Source of the DNA: an uncultured Actinomycetes bacterium | GTDB taxonomy: Bacteria; Actinomycetota; UBA4738; JBBDTT01 | Assembly: GCA_963742735.1 (NCBI GenBank) | Contig: CAVUMN010000004.1 | Span: 1,376,001-1,440,000 of the forward strand | Length of the DNA stretch: 64,000 nt | Reading direction: 5' to 3' | Part shown: in pieces, positions 28,813 to 37,403 of the stretch | How the letters are laid out: the number at the start of each line of letters is the position of its first letter | Numbering within the stretch: the first letter of the stretch is position 1 | Notes under the pieces: generated by a model | Told to the model about the DNA's origin: nothing | Seen by the model: only the letters and a program-made list of their open reading frames with translations | The model's database searches: none | Made by a program: the position numbers and the translations under genes

Positions 28813-30204
28813 CGAACGAGCGCTACGACCTCGTCGTCATCGGCTCCGGCCCCGCCGGAGAGAAGGGGGCGGCGCAGGCCGCCTACGCCGGCAAGCGGGT
28901 CGCGATCGTCGAGCGGGACACGCCGGGAGGCGCGGCCGTGCGCCAGGCCGTCGTCCCGTCCAAGACCCTGCGAGAGACGGCCCAGTACCTGACGGGATTC
29001 CGCCGGCGCGCGATCTACGGGGTGAGCCTCAGTCTGGAGCCCGACGTGGCCGTCGAGCGGCTCCAGGCCCGGCGAGCGGCCGTCGTCGACGCACTGACCG
29101 AGGCCGTGCGAAGCAACCTGGACGCCCACGGGATCGAGCTCATCGGCGGGCACGCCCGGCTGGAGGCCGGCCGGCGGGTGCGCGTCGGCGAGCGGGTCCT
29201 CGAGGCCGACGCGGTCTTGATCGCGACCGGGGCCCGGCCGTTCCACCCCCCGGACGTGCCGTTCGAGGATGCCGACGTCCACGACTCGGAGGAGATCCTG
29301 GTCATCGACCGGATTCCCGCGTCAATCACCGTCATCGGCGGCGGGGTCATCGGGGCCGAGTACGCGTCGGTGTTCGTGGCCCTCGGCTCGCAGGTCACCC
29401 TGGTGCACGCCGGCCCACGGATCCTGCCGCTGGCGGACGCCGAGATCTCCGAGCAGCTCGCCGTCACCTTCGCCGAGTACGGGATGCGGGTCATCACGGG
29501 CGTTCGCGCCGAGTCCATCGAACGCGAGGGAGACCGGGTGGTGGTCAACCTCGCCGGCGGCGAGCGGCTGGTCAGCGAGAAGATCCTCTTCTCGCTGGGG
29601 CAGACCGGGAACACCGAGGGGATGGGTCTCGAGGAGGCCGGTGTGGCGATGGACGAGCGCGGCCGGATCGAGGTCGACGAGCCACTACCAAACGACGGCC
29701 GAACGGATCTACGCCGCGGGCGACGTGATCGGCCCGCCGGCTCTGGCCTCCACCGGGATGGAGCAGGGGCGAGTGGCCGTCTGCCACGCGTTCGACATCC
29801 CGTTCAAACGCATGGTGGACCCACTGACACCCATGGGCGTCTACACGATCCCCGAGGTGGCCATGGTGGGGTTGACGGAGGAGCAGGCCAACGAGCTGGG
29901 CGAGGAGTACGAGGTCGGCCGGGCCTGGTTCATCCGCAACCCGCGGGCGCAGATCGCGGGGTTCACCGACGGCCTCGTGAAGCTCGTCTTCCGCAAGGCC
30001 GACCGAAAGCTCCTCGGAGTCCACATCCTGGGCGACGCCGCCAGCGAGCTCATCCACATCGGCCAGGCCGCTCTCGCCGACGGCCACCGCATCGACCGGT
30101 TCATCCACGCGACGTTCAACGTCCCCACCCGGGCAGACGCCTACAAGTACGCGGCCTACGACGGGCTCCAGCGGCTGTCGGGGAAGGTCGTCTCGCCGCA
30201 CTGA
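28809..30204 (+). pseudogene. sthA: Soluble pyridine nucleotide transhydrogenase, +1 frameshift near 29682 (possible assembly error)
   Basis: YDLVVIGSGPAG, PSKTLRE, IGGGVIG in one frame; YAAGDVIGPPALAS, TFNVPT..YKYAA in the next frame. Confidence 0.85.
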
Positions 30205-30222
30205 GCGGCCGGGGCGCTAAGG

Positions 30223-30627
30223 CTAGGGCTCCTGAACCAGCTCCACCAGCACGCCCAGGAACCCCTTGGGGTGGGCGAAGGCGACGGTGGTTCCCCGCGA
30301 GCCGGGCCGGCCGGCTTCGTCGACGAGCGGGACTCCCTCGGCCTTCAGGTGCTCGAGGACGGCGTCGAGGTCGTCGACGCGATAGCCGATGTGATGCACG
30401 CCCTCGCCCTTGCGTTCCAGGAATTTGCCCACGGGCGTGTCCGGGCCCGTCGCCGCGAGCAGCTGGATGTAGGAGCTGCCCACCGCGAACAGGACCTCCT
30501 CGACGCCCTGGTCGGGAACGGTCTCCCGGTGAACGGGCTCGACTCCCAGGGTGCGCCGGTAGTGCTCGACGGCGGCCTCGAGATCCTCCACGGCGATTCC
30601 GATGTGGTCGACGTCGGTCAGGTTCAC
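30223..30627 (-). CDS. mce: Methylmalonyl/ethylmalonyl-CoA epimerase
   Basis: DHIGIAV, GEGVHHI, FAHPK..GVLVELV. Confidence 0.92.
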   Translation of the reverse strand: MNLTDVDHIGIAVEDLEAAVEHYRRTLGVEPVHRETVPDQGVEEVLFAVGSSYIQLLAATGPDTPVGKFLERKGEGVHHIGYRVDDLDAVLEHLKAEGVPLVDEAGRPGSRGTTVAFAHPKGFLGVLVELVQEP

Positions 30628-30998
30628 GGGCTCCTCCGGCGGCGCGCGGCGGGCGGCTCGGGTTGGAGCCGCGCGATCAGCGCGTACGCCGCCGGGAGAT
30701 GGTACGCGGGCGAGGCCAGGGCCTGCACCATGGCCGCCACCGCTTGCTGGCGGATGCCGTTGGCGGGCTCGTCCGCGCCGAGCGCGTAGAACTCGACCAG
30801 GTCCATGAACTGGCGGAGCGAGGGAACCAGGCCGCCGCGCTCGTAGGCATAGATCGTCTGCTGGGCGGCGGGACAGCCGTCCGCCGCCGCGGCGTCCGCG
30901 ACCGCGCGGAACCCGGCGGACTTCCGAAGGCCTCGGAGGAGTCCGCCGACGAGACGGGCGGTCTGCCCGTCGATCGGGGGCGCTTTCTTTCTCGGCAA
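30624..30998 (-). CDS. XRE-family helix-turn-helix protein
   Basis: LRGLRKSAG...QQTIYAYERGGLVPS; stop overlaps the mce start. Confidence 0.7.
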   Translation of the reverse strand: MPRKKAPPIDGQTARLVGGLLRGLRKSAGFRAVADAAAADGCPAAQQTIYAYERGGLVPSLRQFMDLVEFYALGADEPANGIRQQAVAAMVQALASPAYHLPAAYALIARLQPEPPAARRRRSP

Positions 30999-31148
30999 GC
31001 TCGGTCTACCTCGGCGGGCACCTTACGCGAGCCGGGCGCCTGCCGCCATGGTCCCTTTTGAGGAATCCGTGGCCACTTTCGGACATACCGGCATCAATCG
31101 GGCAGGAACTCCCGTCCATCCGGCTCGCGGCGCGCGTGGCGCCCGTCG

Positions 31149-31787
31149 TTACTCGGGATCGACCGCCGAGAGGAAGTCCCACCAGGCGTCGAGCGCCCGG
31201 TTGGCGGCCTTCACGACCTCGACCTCCGAGCCGGCCAGGTCCGCGACGAGCTCCCGCTCGGCCGCGGCGTGGCCGGTGTCGGCCTCGATGTGCGCGGTGA
31301 AGAAGTCCGTTCCCGGCGCGCCCTCGATCCCGTAGTGCGCCTTCAGCCCGTCGATCTTGGACTGGGCGACCGCGGGGACCTGCGACTCGTACGCGTACAG
31401 GGCGGCCAGCCCGGCCGCGGGGGACTCGGCCGCCGCGTCCCGGTAGGCCTGGACGAGTGCCCGGGTCGCCGGGTTCGCCTCGGCGCCCAGGACGTCCTGA
31501 CGGTCCACGCCGATCGCCTCGGCGAAGCGCAGCCAGAGCTCGGCGTGGTTGTCCGGGCCGTGCTCCTCGTCCCACAGGTTGTCGAGGACCATCTGGCGCT
31601 GGGCGCGGTCCTCGATCCCGGTGTGGATCGCGGACAGGAACCGCGGGAACTCGGACTCGAAGGCGTAGTACTGGCGCGCGTATTCCTGGAGCGCTGCGAC
31701 CGGCAGCGTTCCCTCCGCCCACTTCGTGTAGAACGAATGGGTCAGCAGGTGACGTTCCTTCACGAGTGCGTCGACCGTGTCCAGCAT
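31149..31787 (-). CDS. CADD-family heme-oxygenase-like dimetal oxidase (putative self-sacrificing pABA synthase)
   Basis: HSFYTKW, YARQYY, DEEHGPDNH, YAYESQ..SKIDGL, HIEADTGH align with the Chlamydia CT610 motifs. Confidence 0.88.
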   Translation of the reverse strand: MLDTVDALVKERHLLTHSFYTKWAEGTLPVAALQEYARQYYAFESEFPRFLSAIHTGIEDRAQRQMVLDNLWDEEHGPDNHAELWLRFAEAIGVDRQDVLGAEANPATRALVQAYRDAAAESPAAGLAALYAYESQVPAVAQSKIDGLKAHYGIEGAPGTDFFTAHIEADTGHAAAERELVADLAGSEVEVVKAANRALDAWWDFLSAVDPE

Positions 31788-31920
31788 TCCTTCCCCTCCT
31801 TGCGTGGGCACCGTGGAACGCAAGCATGCCACGGACCGTGAGATTCGGTCCGCCCGGCTCGATCCGGCCAACTGACGACCGGCCCTACAATGATCGGCAG
31901 ACCTCGAAAGGAGCTCACGC

Positions 31921-33105
31921 GTGACCACCTCCGTGATCGTCTCAGGCGCCCGGACCCCGATCGGCAAGTTCGGCGGCACGTTCAAGGACCTCAAGGCCGT
32001 GGACCTCGGCGGCCACGCCATCAAGGCCGCCGTGGAGCGGGCGGGCGTCGACGGCGCCTCGATCGACTACGTCCTGATGGGACAGGTCCTGCAGGCCGGC
32101 GCCGGCCAGATCACGGCCCGCCAGGCGGCGATCCTCGCCGGCCTTCCGAAGGAGGTCCCGGCGATCACGATCAACAAGGTCTGCCTGTCGGGGCTCAACG
32201 CCATCGCCCTGGCCGACCAGCTGATCCGCGCCGGGGAGATCTCCACGGCCGTGGCCGGGGGCATGGAGTCGATGACCAACGCCCCGTACGTGCTGCCCTC
32301 GGGCCGGTACGGCGCTCGAATGGGCAACGCCCAGCTCGTCGACTCGATGATCTACGACGGCCTGTGGTCGACGTTCACCGACATGCACATGGGGGAGTCC
32401 TCGGACGAGGTCAACGTGGACCTGAAGATCGGCCGCGAGGAGCAGGACGCGTGGGCGGCCCGCAGCCACCAGCGCGCGGCCGAGGCCCAGAAGAACGGCG
32501 TGTTCGACGACGAGATCGTCAAGGTGCAGATCCCCCAGCGCAAGGGCGACCCCATCGAGGTCGCGGCCGACGAGGGTATCCGCCCCGACACGACCGAGGA
32601 GTCGCTGGCGAAGCTCCGGCCGGCGTTCAAGGTGGACGGGACGATCACGGCGGGCAACGCGTCGCAGATCTCCGACGGCGGGGCGGCCACGTTGGTCATG
32701 AGCCGGGAGCGGGCCGAGGAGCTCGGCCTGGAGCCGATGGTCGAGATCGTCGCGCACGGCATGAGCGCCGAGCGCTACGCCTACCTGCACACCGTCCCGG
32801 CCATCGCCCTGGAGAACGCGCTGAAGAAGGCGGGGCTGCAGGCGAGCGACCTGGGCCTGGTGGAGTTCAACGAGGCGTTCGCCGCGGTGTCCCTGAACGC
32901 CGCGCGCCAGATGGGGTTCGACGAGGGGATCGTCAACGCCAACGGCGGCGCGGTCGCCGTGGGACACCCCATCGGGATGAGCGGGGCGCGGCTCGTGTTG
33001 CACCTGGCCTACGAGATGAAGCGCAAGGGCGTGAAGTACGGGGCGGCGGCCCTGTGCGGCGGCGGCGGCCAGGGCGACGCCCTGATCGTCAAGCTGCCCG
33101 ACTGA
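31921..33105 (+). CDS. Acetyl-CoA C-acetyltransferase (thiolase)
   Basis: INKVCLSG, NEAF, GHPIGMSG, LCGGGGQG. Confidence 0.95.
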   Translation: MTTSVIVSGARTPIGKFGGTFKDLKAVDLGGHAIKAAVERAGVDGASIDYVLMGQVLQAGAGQITARQAAILAGLPKEVPAITINKVCLSGLNAIALADQLIRAGEISTAVAGGMESMTNAPYVLPSGRYGARMGNAQLVDSMIYDGLWSTFTDMHMGESSDEVNVDLKIGREEQDAWAARSHQRAAEAQKNGVFDDEIVKVQIPQRKGDPIEVAADEGIRPDTTEESLAKLRPAFKVDGTITAGNASQISDGGAATLVMSRERAEELGLEPMVEIVAHGMSAERYAYLHTVPAIALENALKKAGLQASDLGLVEFNEAFAAVSLNAARQMGFDEGIVNANGGAVAVGHPIGMSGARLVLHLAYEMKRKGVKYGAAALCGGGGQGDALIVKLPD

Positions 33106-33118
33106 TCGGAGGCCGGGG

Positions 33119-33418
33119 ACGCGCCGGGTCGGAGCGCCGCTCCTCCTGACATTCCTGCTGAGCCTCCTGGCGGCGGGGTGCTCCTCGGACCCCCCTCCCT
33201 CGCCGTCGCCCGAGCCGAGCTTCGACTCGAACCTGCCGGCCTGCGAGGTGGGCGAGGAGTTCCCCTTCGCCGGCGAGACGATCGTCATCCCCGAGCCCGG
33301 GCACTCCTCGACGATGTTCTGGACCGGGCCGCAGGACGCGGGCCAGCGAAGGGTGACCACGGATGAGGACGGGAACGTCAGCGTCGACGACGAACCCGCC
33401 TGCCGCGTCCGGGGCTAA
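33119..33418 (+). CDS. Small lipoprotein (99 aa) with an ACG in the start position
   Basis: GGAGG-6nt-ACG then RRVGAPLLLTFLLSLLAAGC (lipobox), Pro/Ser linker and two further Cys. Confidence 0.6.
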   Translation, partial: TRRVGAPLLLTFLLSLLAAGCSSDPPPSPSPEPSFDSNLPACEVGEEFPFAGETIVIPEPGHSSTMFWTGPQDAGQRRVTTDEDGNVSVDDEPACRVRG

Positions 33419-33431
33419 CGCCGGTCCCCGG

Positions 33432-34325
33432 TCAGCTCGGTGCCCGGCCCTCCCAGGGCAGGGGGGCTCGAGCGGCGCGCTTGAGCTTCCAGAACACGCC
33501 CCACACCTCGAGCAGCTTCGTCTGGGCGTCGCGCTCGTCGGCGACGCCCTTGCCCTCGGGTGAGTAGGCCTCGTCGCGGGCCTCGAACACCGCGTTGAAC
33601 AGCGTCTCGACGCCGGCGTGGGCGCGCTCCGCCTCGATCTTCGCCTCGTCGGCCTGCTGCCGGTAGCGCGGGTCGTTGCCGCGCTCGAACATGCCCTCCC
33701 AGTACGCGGCCTCGCGCAGGGAGCGCTCCAGGTCGTCCAGCAGGTCGTCGGCCTGCTCGGCGACCTGCTTCGCCGACGCCTCGACCTGCAGGAACAGGTC
33801 GCCGTAGAACTCCGGGGTGATCGGCCAGGCCTCGATGATCCACCGGTCCTCGTCGAGGTTCCACGCCGAGTACGGGCGTTCGGACTTCACCTCGTCGTCC
33901 GTCCCGGTCCCGGGCTTGATGTAGTACTGGACCTGCATCGTCCCCGCGCAGTCGTCGGTCGTCAGGCCCAGGCTCGCCACGGTCGGGTAGTTCACCGGCC
34001 CGCACGCCGCACGCAGCCGCTTCACCAGGCCGTCCGGATCGGTGCCGCCGCCGGCGGCGTAGGCCTCGGTGTCCACCCACACCTGGACGTCCAGGTCCCC
34101 GCCCTCGTCCCAGTTGTAGGACGCCCCGGAACCGATCACGCAGAACGAGATCCAGTCACGGGCGCCGGGGGCCGCGGACTCGAGGACCGGGAGGATGTGG
34201 CCGAGGAGCCGGTCGCGAGCCTCGGGCTTCACGCCGTTCGCCTCGAACACGCACGGATACAGCGTCGGGTGCGGGTCGGTGAGGAACGGGACCTGCGGCG
34301 CGGCCGGCGTCTCGTCGTCGGGCAT
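33432..34325 (-). CDS. Pol-beta-superfamily nucleotidyltransferase-like protein
   Basis: hGS..YNW...DLD motif (IGSGASYNWDEGGDLDVQV), VQYY strand, helical C-terminal domain. Confidence 0.7.
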   Translation of the reverse strand: MPDDETPAAPQVPFLTDPHPTLYPCVFEANGVKPEARDRLLGHILPVLESAAPGARDWISFCVIGSGASYNWDEGGDLDVQVWVDTEAYAAGGGTDPDGLVKRLRAACGPVNYPTVASLGLTTDDCAGTMQVQYYIKPGTGTDDEVKSERPYSAWNLDEDRWIIEAWPITPEFYGDLFLQVEASAKQVAEQADDLLDDLERSLREAAYWEGMFERGNDPRYRQQADEAKIEAERAHAGVETLFNAVFEARDEAYSPEGKGVADERDAQTKLLEVWGVFWKLKRAARAPLPWEGRAPS

Positions 34326-34349
34326 GGGCCCGTATCCTGCCATCTGCCG

Positions 34350-35510
34350 ATGAGCGACGACGCGTTCGCGCTGCCCGATGAGCTGGAGACGTTCCGCAAG
34401 GTGGTGCGCGACCTGGCCGAGCGCCACGTCGAGCCCCGGGCGGCGGAGATCGACGCGACCGACGAGTTCCCCGAGGACATCCATCGCCTGCTGGTCCAGA
34501 ACGAGCTGATGGCCGTGGGCTATCCGGAGGAGCACGGCGGATCGGGTGGCGGGTCGCTGACGTTCTGCGTCCTGTCCGAGGAGCTGGCGCGGGTCTCCGC
34601 CGGCGCCTCGCTGATCCCGCTCGTCTCCCGGCTGGGCGCGACCCCGGTGATGCTCGCCGGGAGCGACGACTTGAAGCGAGAGCTCTTCGGAGGGATCGCC
34701 CGGGGCGAGCACCAGATGTCGTACTGCCTTACCGAGCCGGCCGCCGGATCGGACGCGGGGTCCATGCGGACGAAGTACGAGGTGACCGACGACGGCTTCC
34801 GGCTGAACGGAACGAAGCGATTCATCACGAACGCCGGCGTCTCCGACGCGTACACGGTGTTCGCCACGCGCGACCCCGCGCTCGGCACGTCCGGGATCTC
34901 CTGCTTCCTGGCGATGCGCGACGACCCCGGGGTGAGCTTCGGCAAGCTCGAGCACAAGATGGGCATCCACGGCTCGCCGACCCGCGAGGTGTACTTCGAG
35001 GACGCGGAGCTCCCGGCCGACCGGCTGATCGGGGAGGAGGGGGAGGGCTTCACCTACGCGATGCGCACCCTGGACTACTCGAGGCCGACGATCGGGGCGC
35101 AGGCCCTCGGCATCGCCCAGGGGGCGTTCGACTTCGCGGCGCGCTACGCCACCGAGCGCGAGCAGTTCGGCCAGCCGATCGCCCGCTTCCAGGGGCTGCA
35201 GTTCATGATCGCCGACATGGCGATGCGCATCGAGGCCAGCCGGCTGCTCGTCTACAAGGCCGCCTCGCTGGTGGAGCGGGCCGATCCCTCGATGACGAGG
35301 TTCGCGGCGATGGCGAAGTGCTTCGCGAGCGACACCGCGATGGCCGTGACCACCGACGCCGTGCAGATCCTGGGTGGCTACGGCTACATGCGCGACTACC
35401 CGGTCGAGCGGATGATGCGCGACGCGAAGATCACCCAGATCTACGAGGGGACCAACCAGGTGCAGCGGATCGTGATCGCCCGACAGGTGCTGAAGGCGAT
35501 GGGGGCATGA
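34350..35510 (+). CDS. Acyl-CoA dehydrogenase
   Basis: YCLTEPAAGSDA, NGTKRFITN, QILGGYGY, QIYEGTNQ. Confidence 0.95.
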   Translation: MSDDAFALPDELETFRKVVRDLAERHVEPRAAEIDATDEFPEDIHRLLVQNELMAVGYPEEHGGSGGGSLTFCVLSEELARVSAGASLIPLVSRLGATPVMLAGSDDLKRELFGGIARGEHQMSYCLTEPAAGSDAGSMRTKYEVTDDGFRLNGTKRFITNAGVSDAYTVFATRDPALGTSGISCFLAMRDDPGVSFGKLEHKMGIHGSPTREVYFEDAELPADRLIGEEGEGFTYAMRTLDYSRPTIGAQALGIAQGAFDFAARYATEREQFGQPIARFQGLQFMIADMAMRIEASRLLVYKAASLVERADPSMTRFAAMAKCFASDTAMAVTTDAVQILGGYGYMRDYPVERMMRDAKITQIYEGTNQVQRIVIARQVLKAMGA

Positions 35511-36016
35511 CGGATCGGCCCGGCAAGCCGGTCTCGGAGTCCCAGGTGGTGCTCACCGTGCCCATGGAGCTCGAGCACTCGAACCTGGCCGGGAACGTCC
35601 ACGGCGGCGTGATCATGCGCCTGGCCGACACCGCGGCCGGGCTCGCGGCGGCCCGCCACTGCGGCGGGCTGGCGGTGACCGTGAGCATGGACGACATGTC
35701 GTTCATGGAGCCGGTGTTCCTGGGCGACATCGTCACCGTCAAGGCCATGGTGAACGAGGCCTGGCACACCTCGATGGAGGTCGGCGTGCGGGTCGAGGCC
35801 GAGAACTTCCGCTCCGGGCGGCACGCCCACACGTCCAGCGCGTACCTGGTCTTCGTGGCCCTCGACGACATGGGCCGGCCGCGCGAGGTTCCGGCCGCCG
35901 TGGCCGAGAACGACGAGGAGCGCCAGCGTCAGACCGAGGCCAAGCTCCGCCGCGAGGCCCGCCTGGCCCGCAAGCGGGCCATCCTGGCCACCCGCGAGCG
36001 CGAGGGCGATAGCTGA
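35507..36016 (+). CDS. Acyl-CoA thioesterase (hotdog fold)
   Basis: NLAGNVHGG..D, TSMEVGVRV, YLVFVALD. Confidence 0.92.
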   Translation: MTDRPGKPVSESQVVLTVPMELEHSNLAGNVHGGVIMRLADTAAGLAAARHCGGLAVTVSMDDMSFMEPVFLGDIVTVKAMVNEAWHTSMEVGVRVEAENFRSGRHAHTSSAYLVFVALDDMGRPREVPAAVAENDEERQRQTEAKLRREARLARKRAILATREREGDS

Positions 36017-36029
36017 CGGTCCGTCAGAT

Positions 36030-36758
36030 TCAGGCGGCGGGATCCAGGAACCGCACCGAGTCGAGCAGCCCGTCCACGTGCGGCTTCAGGGTCGACCAGT
36101 TGTCCCTCGTGGTGTCCACCAGCACCACCAGGGGACCCGAGTCGAGGTCGAACACGCGGATGACGAGCAGCTGCCCCTTGGGGATCCACAGGGGGTCCGT
36201 CGACTCGTCGATCGTGAGCAGCGGCAGGCACGGCACCTCGCAGTAGGCGGGCTGGTCGTCCAGGACGTCGGTGACGGTGGCCTCGATCAGCGTCCCGTCC
36301 AGCCCGGCCAGGTGGGCCTCGCCGGTGGCTCGGACGTCGAGCTCCTCGCGGCCGGCGAACCAGCTGGCCAGATCGGCCGGGACCTTGCCCGGGTCGCCGG
36401 CCTCGTCGTGGACGGACACCGGCCGGAGGAACAGCAGGGCGCTCTCCTCGCTGTGGAACTCGACCCAGCCCGGCTCGTTGACCTCGCCGAACCACGGGAA
36501 GGGCATGCCGGGCTGTCCCTCGAACGTGAAGACGGGATCGAATCCCGTCGCGGCGTAGCGCTGGTTCTCCTGCGACGCGACGCCCAGGGGGAAGGGGTTC
36601 ACGCCCTCGGGGAGCTCGACCTCGGGGGTCGGCGACTCGGCGGGAGTGGTGGCGGTCGCCGGGGCCGGTGACGCCCCCGTCGCGGCGGGCTCCGGGTTGC
36701 CGGAGCAGGCGGCGAGGGCCAGGAGCATCGACAGGCTCAGGATGATCGATCGGCGCAT
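36030..36758 (-). CDS. Hypothetical lipoprotein
   Basis: MRR + hydrophobic stretch + LAAC lipobox, Pro/Thr linker, SD GAGGAGG. Confidence 0.8.
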   Translation of the reverse strand: MRRSIILSLSMLLALAACSGNPEPAATGASPAPATATTPAESPTPEVELPEGVNPFPLGVASQENQRYAATGFDPVFTFEGQPGMPFPWFGEVNEPGWVEFHSEESALLFLRPVSVHDEAGDPGKVPADLASWFAGREELDVRATGEAHLAGLDGTLIEATVTDVLDDQPAYCEVPCLPLLTIDESTDPLWIPKGQLLVIRVFDLDSGPLVVLVDTTRDNWSTLKPHVDGLLDSVRFLDPAA

Positions 36759-36787
36759 GGGGCTTCCTCCTCGGGGTCTTTCAGGGA

Positions 36788-36816
36788 GACAGACCGAAGC
36801 CCGGTCCAGGGTTTAC
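36788..36816 (-). promoter_or_regulatory. Putative ECF promoter GTAAAC-N16-GTCTGTC upstream of the lipoprotein gene
   Basis: Same bipartite motif and spacing recur upstream of the ECF sigma gene at 37964-37992. Confidence 0.65.
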
Positions 36817-37403
36817 CCGCGGTCGCGAACCCAGGGGCCCCCGGTGAAGACCAGGCGGCGGAAGCCGCAGGCGTCCGCCCCGGTCAGCGACAGCGTGAGG
36901 GTGTCCCCGGAGACGCGCCACCGGTAGGCCATCGGCTCACCGCAGTGGTCGAAGAACGCGCCGGAGGTCAGCACCTCGCCCTCCACCCGGAAGGCGGTGT
37001 CGAGGGCGTCGCCGTACTGCCGGCCGAACCCGGGAGTGGTCAGGAGCTCCATGCGCCCGTCCGCGCCGAGCCGAAGCGTGAAGGCTCCGGCCAGGACGGG
37101 CACGGGAGCGTCTTCCGGCGCGATCGTCCGCCGCCACGTCCCCACCAGCTCCGTCGGGATCACCGCCGGCGCCGGAGCCGTCGGCGAGACGGCGGGGACC
37201 GTGGGCGCCTCCACGACCAGGGCGCGGACGCCGAGGACCGAGGCCGGCACGAGCACGGCGGCGGCCACGGCCACCGAAACCCGGCGCGCGATCCGGCGAC
37301 GGTGCTCGATCCGGACCGTCGCGGTCAGCCGGGGCTCGATCCGCGGATCCACCTCGCCCGCGGCGGCGCGAAGCTCGCGGCGCACGCGCGACTCAACGCT
37401 CAT
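36813..37403 (-). CDS. Single-pass membrane protein, putative anti-sigma factor
   Basis: Short cytoplasmic N-terminus, RRR + transmembrane helix, extracellular domain with two Cys; overlaps the sigma gene. Confidence 0.7.
   Translation of the reverse strand: MSVESRVRRELRAAAGEVDPRIEPRLTATVRIEHRRRIARRVSVAVAAAVLVPASVLGVRALVVEAPTVPAVSPTAPAPAVIPTELVGTWRRTIAPEDAPVPVLAGAFTLRLGADGRMELLTTPGFGRQYGDALDTAFRVEGEVLTSGAFFDHCGEPMAYRWRVSGDTLTLSLTGADACGFRRLVFTGGPWVRDRG

Noticed and set aside
33106-34349. Prophage or IS remnant around the nucleotidyltransferase
   Set aside because: No integrase, transposase, terminal repeats or target duplication seen, and codon style matches the host
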